Below are positions 39,983 through 49,260 of a stretch of 64,000 nucleotides of DNA, piece after piece. Each line of letters opens with the position of its first letter. The first letter of the stretch is position 1. Where the stretch lies: the NCBI GenBank assembly GCA_035945995.1, contig DASYZR010000166.1:4855-68854 (forward strand), read 5' to 3'. The translations under genes and the position numbers were made by a program. The DNA is from a bacterium. Lineage in GTDB: Bacteria > Sysuimicrobiota > Sysuimicrobiia > Sysuimicrobiales > Segetimicrobiaceae. The notes under the pieces are model-generated. The model ran no database searches. It worked only from the letters and a program-made list of their open reading frames with translations, and had not been told where the DNA came from.

Positions 39983-40891
39983 TCACGGCAGGAGGCGCAT
40001 CAACGTCTCCGCGCACGCCACGGCGGATCCCCACCCGGCGCCACCCTCCTCGTAGTGCCACCACGCGGACAGCACCGCCTGGGCGACGCCCCAGCCCGCA
40101 ACGCGGTGCCGGTCCAGGCCGAGCTCGGCGGCCAGCAGCTCGACGCGGCGCTGCTGCACGGCCGAGTTCAGATAGAGGTCCGGGGACGGGTTGCGCAGCA
40201 GCGCGCCCACGTCGTACGCGGGCTCCGCGGCGAGGCCCTTGGGATCGATCGCGAGCCAGGAGCGCCGCGTGGCCGACAGGATGTTGAAGTGATGGAGGTC
40301 GCCGTGCACGAGCACCGCGGGTGCTGCGGACGCCGGCAATTCCTCGAACAACGCCTCCGCCGTCTCGACGAGCCGCGCATCGAACGGACCGGTGCCGCCG
40401 TCGAAGCGCCGGCGCAGGCGCCGCAGTCCCGCGGCCCAATGCGCCGCCGCCGGAAAGGTATGCCCGGCCGGCAGCGGCCGCCACAGATCGCGCATTACCC
40501 GGGCGGCGATGACCGTCGCCTGGTCGTCGTCCACGGCGTCCGACAGTTTGGACGCCGGCCGCACGCGCTCCAGCAAGAGCATCCCCTGTTGTTCGTCCGC
40601 GTCGAGCAGCTCCACCGCGGCCCCGCCCGCGTACACTCGAAGGGTCCGGATCTCGCTTTCGAGCTCCGGACGCGGCACGCCGATCTTGACCACGACGTCG
40701 CGGCCCTGGGCGGTGAGGGCGGGGGCCACGTAATTAAAGGAAAGTTCGAACGATTCCTCGGCGATGCGAACGTGCCACCGGCGCTCGCACTCCTCGATCA
40801 GCGACGGAAGGGACTCCAGCCACGCGGCTCCTTCCGGGAATGCGCCGCGCACGGTCCGCCGGAATCCTTCCGGGAGGTTGTGGTCCGGCAT
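39983..40891 (-). CDS. aminoglycoside phosphotransferase family protein, APH(6)/StrB-like kinase
   Basis: Protein-kinase-like fold with the HGDLHHFNIL catalytic motif and a DPKG region, typical of streptomycin 6-kinase-like APH enzymes. Confidence 0.8.
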   Translation of the reverse strand: MPDHNLPEGFRRTVRGAFPEGAAWLESLPSLIEECERRWHVRIAEESFELSFNYVAPALTAQGRDVVVKIGVPRPELESEIRTLRVYAGGAAVELLDADEQQGMLLLERVRPASKLSDAVDDDQATVIAARVMRDLWRPLPAGHTFPAAAHWAAGLRRLRRRFDGGTGPFDARLVETAEALFEELPASAAPAVLVHGDLHHFNILSATRRSWLAIDPKGLAAEPAYDVGALLRNPSPDLYLNSAVQQRRVELLAAELGLDRHRVAGWGVAQAVLSAWWHYEEGGAGWGSAVACAETLMRLLP

Positions 40892-40986
40892 CTCCGGTAA
40901 GACATTCCGTGACGCCGGGCCGCGTTCATGCCGGGACCCGCCGCCCGGAAGGAGACCCGGCCGGCCGACTCGGAAACTCTGCCGCG

Positions 40987-41625
40987 ATGCGGATCTTCAC
41001 CATCGGTCACTCGACGAGCTCCTTCGACGAACTCGTCGCGGCGCTGCGCGGGTTCGGGGTGCGCACGCTCGTCGACATCCGGACGGTGCCGCGCTCGCGC
41101 CACGTGCCGCAGTTCAACGCCGAGACCTTGCGTCGGACGCTGCCCAACCGGCGCATCCGCTACCGGCACGTGCGCGCGCTCGGCGGGTTGAGAAAGGCCC
41201 GCGCGGACTCGAGCAACACCGCGTGGCGGAACGCGAGTTTCCGTGGGTTTGCCGATTACATGGAAACGCCGGAGTTCGCGGAGGCGGTCGACGGGCTGCG
41301 CGCGCTGTCCCGCGAGGCCGGCCCGGTCGCCATCATGTGCGCCGAGGCGGTGCCCTGGCGGTGCCACCGCTCGCTCGTCGCGGATGCGCTGGCGGCCGGG
41401 GGGGACGAGGTCGTGCACATCATGGGTCCCGGCACCGGGCGTCTGCACTCTCTGACGCCGTGGGCGCGGGTGGCGGGCGGGCGGGTCACCTACCCGGGAC
41501 CGCCGCCTCCGCCCGCGCGGGCCACGCGCCGTCCGTCATCTCGCCGCGACGCCCGCGTGCCGCGCGCCGGCCCAGGTGCGTCAGGCGGGCGGGCGAAGGC
41601 GAAGCAGGGTGCGCTTTGGAAATAG
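40987..41625 (+). CDS. DUF488 family protein
   Basis: Characteristic N-terminus MRIFTIGHSTSSFDELVAALRGFGVRTLVDIR and a CAEAVPWRCHRSL motif, followed by a Pro/Arg-rich tail. Confidence 0.75.
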   Translation: MRIFTIGHSTSSFDELVAALRGFGVRTLVDIRTVPRSRHVPQFNAETLRRTLPNRRIRYRHVRALGGLRKARADSSNTAWRNASFRGFADYMETPEFAEAVDGLRALSREAGPVAIMCAEAVPWRCHRSLVADALAAGGDEVVHIMGPGTGRLHSLTPWARVAGGRVTYPGPPPPPARATRRPSSRRDARVPRAGPGASGGRAKAKQGALWK

Positions 41626-41666
41626 ACCGGCGAGTTCCATTCGAGCGCGCAATGCGGGAGGCTCCC

Positions 41667-42038
41667 ATGGAGACCGAACATTCCTACGCGATCGATCTCG
41701 ACGCACGGTTTGGACCGCTGGAACTGATCGACGTGCAGGCGCTGGTCGATACGTGCGCGCAGCCCTGGTACAACCAGACGCTCTGCCGGGTCAACGACAG
41801 CGTCGTGCGACTCGGCGTGGTGCACGGCGATTTCCACTGGCACAAACACGACCGGGACGACGAGTTCTTCTACGTCGTCGACGGGCGATTCGTCATCGAT
41901 CTGGAGGGCCGCAGGGTCGAACTCGCCCCCCGGCAGGGCTTCATGGTGCCGAAGGGCGTGCTCCACAGGACCAGCGCGCCGGAGCGTACGGTGATCCTCA
42001 TGGTCGAAAACGCCGGGATCAGGCCGACGGGCGACTGA
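41667..42038 (+). CDS. cupin domain protein
   Basis: GGGAGG ribosome-binding site 7 nt upstream of the ATG. Cupin motifs present (GVVHGDFHWHKHDRDDEFFYVVDGRF ... MVPKGVLHRT). Confidence 0.7.
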   Translation: METEHSYAIDLDARFGPLELIDVQALVDTCAQPWYNQTLCRVNDSVVRLGVVHGDFHWHKHDRDDEFFYVVDGRFVIDLEGRRVELAPRQGFMVPKGVLHRTSAPERTVILMVENAGIRPTGD

Positions 42039-42057
42039 CGCCTTCGGCCGGCGCACG

Positions 42058-43044
42058 ATGCGGCAGGTCCCCGCAGGTCTGGCGATTCTGATCGCGATCG
42101 GTCTGGGGCTTGGTCTGTCGGGTCCGGCGCCACGGTCGGGAGCGGCTTCGCCGGACGCCGCGACGATCGGCCGGTGGGAGCCGCGCCCGCCTGCCCTCAC
42201 CGATCGGTCCGAGGTCGCGGGCGCGGCGCTCGGGGATCACATCTACGTCGTGGGCGGCCTCACCGCGATCGGCGTGACGGCCGACGTTCAGGAATACGAT
42301 CCGGCCGCAAACCGGTGGCGGGCGGTCGCACCGCTGCCCCAGGCGGTCCACCATCCCGCCGCCGCTGCGCTTGACGGACGGCTCTATGTGATCGGCGGCT
42401 TCGTCGCCCGCGACCGTTCGATCTGGCATCCCATCAACACCGTGTACGAGTACGATCCCCGCACGGACCGGTGGCGCACGCGGGCGTCGATGCCGAGCGC
42501 ACGGGGCGCGCTCACGGCGGTTGCCGCCGGAGGGCGCATCTACGCCGTAGGCGGTACGGCCGGCCGCGATACCGGTGCGATCGAAACCTATGATCCCGCG
42601 ACCGACACGTGGAAGCGATTGCGCTCCATGCCGACGCCGCGCAATCATCTTGCCGCCGTTGCGCTGGACGGACGAATCATCGTCTTCGGCGGCCGCGTCG
42701 GCGAGCCGGCGCGGAACGTCGGTACGGTTGAAGCGTACGATCCCACGACCGACACCTGGCAGACGCGGGCGCCGCTCCTCACGCCGCGCAGCGGACTCGG
42801 CGCGGCGGCCGTCGCCGGACGCGCGTACGTCATGGGCGGCGAATTGGGTCGCCCGGGCACCTATCCGGAGAACGAGGAATACGACCCAACGACGGACCGA
42901 TGGACGCCTCGCGCGCCGATGCCGTCGCCCCGCCACGGCCTGGCCGTCGTCGGCGTCGGCGGACGGATTTACGCGCTGAACGGCGGGCCCCGTCCGGGCG
43001 GCACCTACAGCAACGTGAACGAGGTGTACTTCCCGCCGCGATAA
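42058..43044 (+). CDS. Kelch-repeat beta-propeller protein, secreted
   Basis: Signal peptide followed by six repeats of the Kelch pattern (GxxxYVxGG...YDPxTxxW). Confidence 0.8.
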   Translation: MRQVPAGLAILIAIGLGLGLSGPAPRSGAASPDAATIGRWEPRPPALTDRSEVAGAALGDHIYVVGGLTAIGVTADVQEYDPAANRWRAVAPLPQAVHHPAAAALDGRLYVIGGFVARDRSIWHPINTVYEYDPRTDRWRTRASMPSARGALTAVAAGGRIYAVGGTAGRDTGAIETYDPATDTWKRLRSMPTPRNHLAAVALDGRIIVFGGRVGEPARNVGTVEAYDPTTDTWQTRAPLLTPRSGLGAAAVAGRAYVMGGELGRPGTYPENEEYDPTTDRWTPRAPMPSPRHGLAVVGVGGRIYALNGGPRPGGTYSNVNEVYFPPR

Positions 43045-43592
43045 TCCGCTCGATCGTGCGCTTCCACGTCCGCGCGCGTGATGCGCATGAGATACACGGC
43101 CGGGGAGGCATCCGGCGGGGCCGCGGCCGGAACACGCCGGAACCCCGCCTTCTCGTATGCCCGAATGGCGACGCGGTTCCGGGGCGACGGGTCCACGTAG
43201 CACGCGTCGACGGCCTCGTCGGCGAACACGATCTTCCGGAGGAAGGCCTCGAGGATGCGCGGCCCGAGCCCGCGTCTCACGTAACGGGCGTCGCCGATGA
43301 AGAGGTCCAGGCCGACGCCGGACCCCGTGTCGTGCAGGCCCCACGTGCCGCCGGCGATGCGATAGAGTTGGATGTAGCCGATCGGTGTCTCGTTCCGGTC
43401 GATGAGGTACGGCACCGCGTCGTGCGTCCCGCTCACCCGAGGGAGGTATTTCGCGCGCACCTCGTCGAGCGTCGGACCCGGGCGGTCCCACCACTCGAGC
43501 ACGTGCGGCGTGTTCAGCCAGCGATGAAGCAGCGGCAGATCGGATTCGGCGAGGCGCCGAAACGAGATCCGGTCGGGCGTATCGTGAGACAT
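43005..43592 (-). CDS. GNAT aminoglycoside N-acetyltransferase, AAC(6')-Ib-like
   Basis: 195-aa product alignable by eye along its length with AAC(6')-Ib: LHRWLNTPHVLEWW vs LYEWLNRSHIVEWW, YLP, PIGYIQLY, DPSPRNRVAIRAYEKAGF, ASPAVYLM. Confidence 0.8.
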   Translation of the reverse strand: MSHDTPDRISFRRLAESDLPLLHRWLNTPHVLEWWDRPGPTLDEVRAKYLPRVSGTHDAVPYLIDRNETPIGYIQLYRIAGGTWGLHDTGSGVGLDLFIGDARYVRRGLGPRILEAFLRKIVFADEAVDACYVDPSPRNRVAIRAYEKAGFRRVPAAAPPDASPAVYLMRITRADVEAHDRADYRGGKYTSFTLL

Positions 43593-43710
43593 GGCAACTC
43601 CACCTGGACCGCGCGATCGGCGCCGCGGGCGCGCGACGGCGGTGCCGGGAAATTTCCCACGCGGCGCGGCATGGCCTGCCTGGCGGCGCGGGCCCGAGGA
43701 GGCGTCCCAC

Positions 43711-44125
43711 ATGGACGTGAGCATCTGGGAGGCCATGGCGGCCTGGTATGACGCCAAGCAGGGCGACGACGGCGATCTCTGGCACCGGACGCTCATCGAT
43801 CCCGCGCTGCTGCGGGTGGTCGGCCCGGTGGCCGGCCGGCGCCTGCTGGACCTGGCCTGCGGGAACGGATATCTGGCGCGCCGGCGAGGACCACGTCGCG
43901 AACACGCCGGCCTACCACCGGCTGCTCTCGTGGTACGTCCGGACGCTTCGGACGGCCGGATTCGTCATCACCGCGTTTGAAGAGCCGGAGCCGACTGAGG
44001 AGTTCCTGGCCGGCTCTCCCGCGGGACCGTGGATTGCGGAGATTCCGTTGCACTGTGTGCTCGAAGCGCGCCTGGAGGCGACGACTCCCGAACGCGCGAC
44101 CGACGGCGGGGCCAGCGCGGAATAG
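43711..44125 (+). pseudogene. class I SAM-dependent methyltransferase remnant (frameshifted, internally deleted)
   Basis: Frame A holds motif I (LLDLACGNGY) after a GAGGAGG ribosome-binding site. Only about 12 codons later the frame +1 continues with a methyltransferase C-terminal region (PAYHRLLSWYVRTLRTAGFVITAFEEPEP). The middle roughly 100 aa are missing. Confidence 0.5.
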
Positions 44126-44230
44126 CGCCCGGCCAAGGCCCGGATAGACGTCGGGGACCGCGGGGCGGTGGAGACCCGGCCGGCGTCGAATCTCCGCCGC
44201 GCTCAGGATGCCTGCTCAGGGGGGAACGAC

Positions 44231-44863
44231 ATGCCGTCGAACGCCTACCGGCGGTCTGCGGGGTCCGCCGCGCTTGCCGCGGCGGTCACCACGTTTGTGT
44301 ACTCGGTCGCATTCGTCGTGGTCACGCCGGCCGCGCCGCACGCCGGCCGGACGCTGGCCGCCCTGTGTCTCGGGCTCGGCGCCATCTTCTCGACCGCCGT
44401 CCTGGTCGGCATCTACGAGGCCGTGCGGGAGATCGATCCCGCCAAGGCGTTATGGGGCCTGCTGCTCGGGATCATCGGGGCGGCCGGCGCGCTCGTCCAC
44501 GGCGGCTACGATCTCGCGGTCGCCGTCGGCCCCGCCTCCGGCGCCGGTGTTCCGGCCGGCGCGCTGAGCCCGGTCGATCCGCGCGGTCTGCTCACCTTCG
44601 GCGCGAGCGGAGTCGGGCTCGCGGTCCTGGCCGGACTGATGGCGCAGACGTCGTCCGGGAGCCGGGCCGGCGCGTTTCCGGGGCCCCTTGCCGGGCTCGG
44701 GTATCTGCTCGCGGTGCTGGAGATCATCTTGTACGTCGGCCGGCTCTTGATCGTGACGCCGGCCAACCCTCTGATCGTGGTCCCGGCGCTTCTCGCGGGG
44801 TTCGTCGTCGGGCCCGCCTGGTATCTCTGGCTCGGGGTGGTCTTCCGCCGCGCGCGCGCGTAA
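44231..44863 (+). CDS. hypothetical integral membrane protein (about 5 TM, DUF4386-like composition)
   Basis: GGGGGG ribosome-binding site 7 nt before the ATG at 44231. The ORF is open from 44168. Product is Ala/Gly/Leu/Val-rich with multiple hydrophobic helices. Confidence 0.55.
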   Translation: MPSNAYRRSAGSAALAAAVTTFVYSVAFVVVTPAAPHAGRTLAALCLGLGAIFSTAVLVGIYEAVREIDPAKALWGLLLGIIGAAGALVHGGYDLAVAVGPASGAGVPAGALSPVDPRGLLTFGASGVGLAVLAGLMAQTSSGSRAGAFPGPLAGLGYLLAVLEIILYVGRLLIVTPANPLIVVPALLAGFVVGPAWYLWLGVVFRRARA

Positions 44864-44897
44864 ACGCCGAATGTTGCAGGGGCGGCGGGCCCGGTCG

Positions 44898-45668
44898 TCA
44901 GGCGCCCGAGCCGGCCAGGGCTCCGGTCGCGATCATCTGCGCGAGGCGCTCGATCCGCTCCGCGAACATCTTCTCACCGAGCTCCGCAGTCGACCCGCGC
45001 GCGTCCCCGAGGATGCCGGTCGGGCTCATGGTGTCCATCGGCGGCGGCACCTTCGATCGCCACCGGATCGACGCGTCTCCGGTGAAGCCTTCGCAGGCCT
45101 TGTCCATCTGCACGAGATCGGGGCGATGGGCCAGCATCAGGGACGTCTCTCCCTGGGCCGCGTGCACGCCCAGTTTTGTCATGTCGAGGCCTTCGCGCGC
45201 CGCGAACGCCCGCGTGTGCTGCAGCCATTCGTCGAAGTCGGTCACCGCGGAGATCCGTAGGGCCGCGTGCTCGTCCCGCAGGCGCGGCAGCGCGCCGCGC
45301 AGCGCGCGGTAGTTGCCGCCGTGGCTGCACAGCAGGATGATCTCGCGGAACCCGTGGCGGGCCAGCGAGCGGCAAACGTCCTGGATCACGGTCTCGAGGG
45401 TCGCCTCCTCGATGCTCACGGTTCCCGCCATCGGGAGATGCCCGGCGGAGTACCCGAGCGAGACGACGGGTGCGACCAGCGCGTCGCCGAGCCGGCGCGC
45501 GAGTCGGACGCCGGTCGCGTACCCGAGGTAGGTGTCGGTGCCGATCGGCAGGTGCGGCCCGTGCTGCTCCATCGCTCCGAGCATCACGATCACGCGGCGT
45601 TTGCCCGCGGCGATGGCGTCCCGTACTTCCGGCCAGGTCATCTCCTCGATCAGCACCGTGTCGCGCAT
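44898..45668 (-). CDS. creatininase family protein (creatinine amidohydrolase-like)
   Basis: Creatininase motifs (GAMEQHGPHLPIGTD, GYSAGH, CSHGGN). Start placed at MRDTVLIEEMTWPE. Confidence 0.8.
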   Translation of the reverse strand: MRDTVLIEEMTWPEVRDAIAAGKRRVIVMLGAMEQHGPHLPIGTDTYLGYATGVRLARRLGDALVAPVVSLGYSAGHLPMAGTVSIEEATLETVIQDVCRSLARHGFREIILLCSHGGNYRALRGALPRLRDEHAALRISAVTDFDEWLQHTRAFAAREGLDMTKLGVHAAQGETSLMLAHRPDLVQMDKACEGFTGDASIRWRSKVPPPMDTMSPTGILGDARGSTAELGEKMFAERIERLAQMIATGALAGSGA

Positions 45669-45794
45669 CTCCGAGTCCTCCTGGGGCCGGCGCAGGCATC
45701 GGTCCGGCACTCACGAACACGACTTCGCGACGGCCGCGCATCACTCCCCGCGTCCGCGGCCGGCCGTGACCCCGAGATTCTCGAGGAGGCGCGC

Positions 45795-47360
45795 ATGACG
45801 GACGGTAGGCGAGATCGGGCGGTGGCGGCGCTTCGGGCGCATCTTGCGACGATCGCCGACCTCCGGGCGGCGACCGCGATTCTGCGGTGGGATCAGGAGA
45901 CGCAGATGCCGCCGGGCGGGGCGGAAGGCCGCGCCCTCCAGCTGGCGACGCTCGCGCGCCTCGCGCACGAACTCCTCGTGTCGGACGAGACGCGCCGGCG
46001 GCTCGACGCCGCCTCCCGCGCCGCCGACGGCGCCGAGCCGGGATCGGACGAGGCCGCCCTTGTCCGGGTCACCCGCCGCGATCTCGACCGGGCCGCGAAG
46101 CTGCCGGCCGACTTCGTCGCGGAACAGCGGCGCGTGACGGCGGTCGCGACGCACGTGTGGCAGGAGGCGCGGCGGGCCGACGACTTCGCCGTGTTTCGTC
46201 CGCACCTCGAGCAGGTCGTGACGCTTGCGCGGCGCGAGGCGGACTACATCGGGTACGCGGACCATCCCTACGACGCGCTGGTGGACCGGTACGATCCTGG
46301 AATGACCGCGCGGGAGCTCGAAGCGCTGTTTCGCCGCCTGCTCGACGTGATCGTGCCGCTCGTTCGGGCGATCGCGGCGCGGGCGGGCGCGGTCGACGCC
46401 GGCGTCCTGGACGCGGACTTCGACGAGGACGCGCAGCGGGCGTTCGCGCTCGAGATCGTGCAGACCTTCGGCTACGAGACCCGCCGCGGGCGGCTCGACC
46501 TGTCGGCGCATCCCTTCTCCACCAAGTTCCACCGCGACGACGTACGCATCACCACGCGGTTCGGGCGGCGCTTATCGGCCGTGTTCGGCACCTTTCACGA
46601 GTCGGGGCACGCGATGTACAGTCAGGGAACGGCGCCGGCCCTCGAACGCTCGCCGTTGTCGGAGGGCGCCGGCAGCGGCATCCACGAGTCGCAATCCCGG
46701 ATGTGGGAAAACCTCGTGGGCCGCAGCCGCCCGTTCTGGCAGTACGCGTTCCCCCGGTTGCGCGAGACGTTTCCGGCGCAGCTCGGCCGGACCGACGCCG
46801 AGGCGGTGTACCGGGCGGTCAACCTCGTGGAGCCGGGACTGATTCGGGTCCGCGCCGACGAAGCCACCTACAACCTGCACGTCATTCTTCGGTTCGAGCT
46901 TGAGAAGGCGCTGCTGACCGAGGAGCTCGCGGTGCGGGATCTGCCGGAGGCGTGGGGCGGCAAGATGCGCGCGTACCTCGGCGTAGTACCGCCCACCGAT
47001 ACGGACGGCGTGCTGCAGGACATCCATTGGTCTAGCGGCCTCGTGGGGTCGTTCCCGTCGTACACGCTCGGCAACGTGGCGTCGGTGCAGTTGTTCGAAG
47101 CGGCCTGCCGGGCGCATCCCGCCGTTCCGGCGGAGATGCGCGAGGGCCGGTTCGAGACGCTCTATGGGTGGATGCGCGAGCACGTCTATGTGCACGGGCG
47201 CAAGTTCCTGCCTGCCGAGCTGCTGGAGCGCGCCACGGGCCGCGCGCTGACCCCGGAGCCGTACCTCCGCTATCTGCGCGCCAAATTTGCCGAACTCTAC
47301 GGCCTCGAATCCGCGCACGGCGGGGACGACAAGCCGTCGGGGCCCGGTGCTCCAGAGTAA
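45795..47360 (+). CDS. carboxypeptidase M32 (thermostable carboxypeptidase Taq-like)
   Basis: HESGHAMY zinc motif and a conserved HPF/IRVRADE region. GAGGAGG ribosome-binding site precedes the ATG. Confidence 0.9.
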   Translation: MTDGRRDRAVAALRAHLATIADLRAATAILRWDQETQMPPGGAEGRALQLATLARLAHELLVSDETRRRLDAASRAADGAEPGSDEAALVRVTRRDLDRAAKLPADFVAEQRRVTAVATHVWQEARRADDFAVFRPHLEQVVTLARREADYIGYADHPYDALVDRYDPGMTARELEALFRRLLDVIVPLVRAIAARAGAVDAGVLDADFDEDAQRAFALEIVQTFGYETRRGRLDLSAHPFSTKFHRDDVRITTRFGRRLSAVFGTFHESGHAMYSQGTAPALERSPLSEGAGSGIHESQSRMWENLVGRSRPFWQYAFPRLRETFPAQLGRTDAEAVYRAVNLVEPGLIRVRADEATYNLHVILRFELEKALLTEELAVRDLPEAWGGKMRAYLGVVPPTDTDGVLQDIHWSSGLVGSFPSYTLGNVASVQLFEAACRAHPAVPAEMREGRFETLYGWMREHVYVHGRKFLPAELLERATGRALTPEPYLRYLRAKFAELYGLESAHGGDDKPSGPGAPE

Positions 47361-47399
47361 CGCGGCCCTCCGAGAGAGCGTCCGGCCGGGCCGGCCGGT

Positions 47400-48308
47400 T
47401 TAGATCTTGAGGCGCGGGTCGAGCACGTCGCGCAGGCCGTCACCCAGCATGTTGACGCCGAGGACGGTGAGCATGATGGCGAGGCCGGGAAAGGTGGCGA
47501 TCCACCAGGCGTCGCGCAGGTAGTCGCGGCCCTCGCTCAGCATCCGGCCCCACTCCGGCGTCGGCGGCTGGCTGCCGAGCCCGATGAACGAGAGGGCGGC
47601 GGCCGCGAGGATCGCCGTCCCCATGCCGAGCGTGCCCGCGACGATCACCGGCGCCACGACGTTCGGCAGAATGTGGCGGACGAGGATGATCGGGACCGGG
47701 ACCCCGGTCACCCGCGCGGCCTCCACGTACAGCTGTTCCTTCGCGACCAGGACCGACCCGCGCACCAGCCGCGCGTACACCGGGATGCCCGCGATCCCGA
47801 CGGCGATCATGAGGTTGCGCAGGCTCGGGCCCAGCACGCTGACGATGCCGAGCGCGAGCAGGATGCCGGGAAACGCCAGCATCACGTCCACGGCCCGCAT
47901 GAGGAGCGCGTCCGCGAGCCTGCCGTAGTAACCGGCGAGGAGGCCGATCGCGGTGCCGGCCGTCGCGGCGATGCCAACCGAGATGAGCCCGATCGTGAGC
48001 GAGATGCCGGAGCCGTGCACGACGCGGCTGTAGACGTCGCGGCCGTACTGGTCCGTGCCCATCGGATGCCCGGGGCCCGGCGCGGCCAGTGCGTTGGCGA
48101 CGTCGATGCGGATCGGGCTCACCGGTGCAAACGCGTATTGGAAGACCGCGATCACGACCAGCGACCCGACGATGACGAGGCCCGCGACCGCCCCTTTGTG
48201 CCGGCGGGCGCGCCGGACGGCCACCTGCCAGCGTGCGCGCGGCAGGCGTCCCCGCGCCCCGCCGGCGGGCGCCCGGACCGCGTCCACCGCGGCGAGCGGT
48301 CTACCCAT
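47400..48308 (-). CDS. ABC transporter permease, DppC/OppC family
   Basis: C-terminal 302 aa of ORF 47400..49049. Typical DppC topology with an N-terminal extracellular loop (HPMGTDQYGRDVYSR). Confidence 0.9.
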   Translation of the reverse strand: MGRPLAAVDAVRAPAGGARGRLPRARWQVAVRRARRHKGAVAGLVIVGSLVVIAVFQYAFAPVSPIRIDVANALAAPGPGHPMGTDQYGRDVYSRVVHGSGISLTIGLISVGIAATAGTAIGLLAGYYGRLADALLMRAVDVMLAFPGILLALGIVSVLGPSLRNLMIAVGIAGIPVYARLVRGSVLVAKEQLYVEAARVTGVPVPIILVRHILPNVVAPVIVAGTLGMGTAILAAAALSFIGLGSQPPTPEWGRMLSEGRDYLRDAWWIATFPGLAIMLTVLGVNMLGDGLRDVLDPRLKI

Positions 48309-48334
48309 CCGACCGGCGCCCGGCGTGCGCGCGA

Positions 48335-49258
48335 TCACCCGTAGCGAATCCGGGGATCGATCGCGGCATACACCACATCGACGGCCAGGTTGATGAGCAC
48401 GTAGGCGACCGCGACGAACAGCACGATGCCCTGCACCAGCGGAAAGTCCTTGTTGAGAATCGCGTTGACGAGCAGCCGCCCGACGCCGGGCCGGCCGAAG
48501 ACGGTCTCGATGACCACGGTGCCGGCGAGCAGCTGCCCGGCCTGCAGTCCGAAGATGGTGACGATCGGAATGAACGCGTTGGCCAGCCCGTGACGCAAGA
48601 TCACGGAGGCGCCGGCAAGGCCCTTGGCCCGCGCGGTGGTGATGTACTCCATCCGCAGCACCTCGAGCATGCTGGACCGCGTGAGCGCGGCCGTGATCGC
48701 CGCGGCGCCGGTGCCGAGCGCCACGGCCGGCATAATGAGGTGCTGCAGGCCGCCTCCGCCGGTGGCCGGCAGCAGCTCGAGGTGCAGCGAGAAGACGAAG
48801 ATCAACAAGAGGCCCAGCCAAAACGACGGCATGGAGACCCCGAGGCGCGCCGCCATCATCGCCCCGACGTCGGCCCAGGAGTTCTGGCGGATCGCGGCCA
48901 CGAGGCCGAGCGAGACGCCGAGGGTGCCGGACAGCACCAGCCCGGCGACGGCGAGCTGCAGTGTGGACGGGAACAACTCCATGATCTCGGTCGTGACGGG
49001 CCGCCGGTCGCGAATCGACTCGCCGAGGTCCCCCCGCGCGGCATTCCACACGAACCGGCCGTACTGCTGCGCGAACGGCTCGTTGAGGTGCAGTTGCGCC
49101 CGCATACGGGCGATCTGCTCCGGGCTCGTCACGAATTCGCTCAGCATCATCTTGACCGGATCGCCGGGGATGAGGTACAGCATCGAGAACACGGCGAGCG
49201 TGACGCCGAAGACGACGGGGACCGTCGCGAGGAGCCGTGCGGAGATGTAGCGGAACAC
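48335..49258 (-). CDS. ABC transporter permease, DppB/OppB family
   Basis: GTG start. N-terminus FRYISARLLATVPVVFGVTLAVFSMLYLIPGDPV. Confidence 0.9.
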   Translation of the reverse strand: MFRYISARLLATVPVVFGVTLAVFSMLYLIPGDPVKMMLSEFVTSPEQIARMRAQLHLNEPFAQQYGRFVWNAARGDLGESIRDRRPVTTEIMELFPSTLQLAVAGLVLSGTLGVSLGLVAAIRQNSWADVGAMMAARLGVSMPSFWLGLLLIFVFSLHLELLPATGGGGLQHLIMPAVALGTGAAAITAALTRSSMLEVLRMEYITTARAKGLAGASVILRHGLANAFIPIVTIFGLQAGQLLAGTVVIETVFGRPGVGRLLVNAILNKDFPLVQGIVLFVAVAYVLINLAVDVVYAAIDPRIRYG

Positions 49259-49260
49259 GC

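Noticed and set aside
38672-40900. 742-aa plus-strand ORF across glcD and the APH-like gene
   Set aside because: Antisense artifact.
42019-43905. 628-aa minus-strand ORF across the Kelch and AAC region
   Set aside because: Composition artifact. It overlaps the well-supported Kelch (plus) and AAC(6') (minus, different frame) genes.
47361-47399. Palindromic CCGGCCGG-G-CCGGCCGG stretch between the convergent M32 carboxypeptidase and dppC stops as a possible bidirectional terminator
   Set aside because: The hairpin would have only a 1-nt loop and a short T-run (TTT). Too weak to call. Mentioned only as a possibility.
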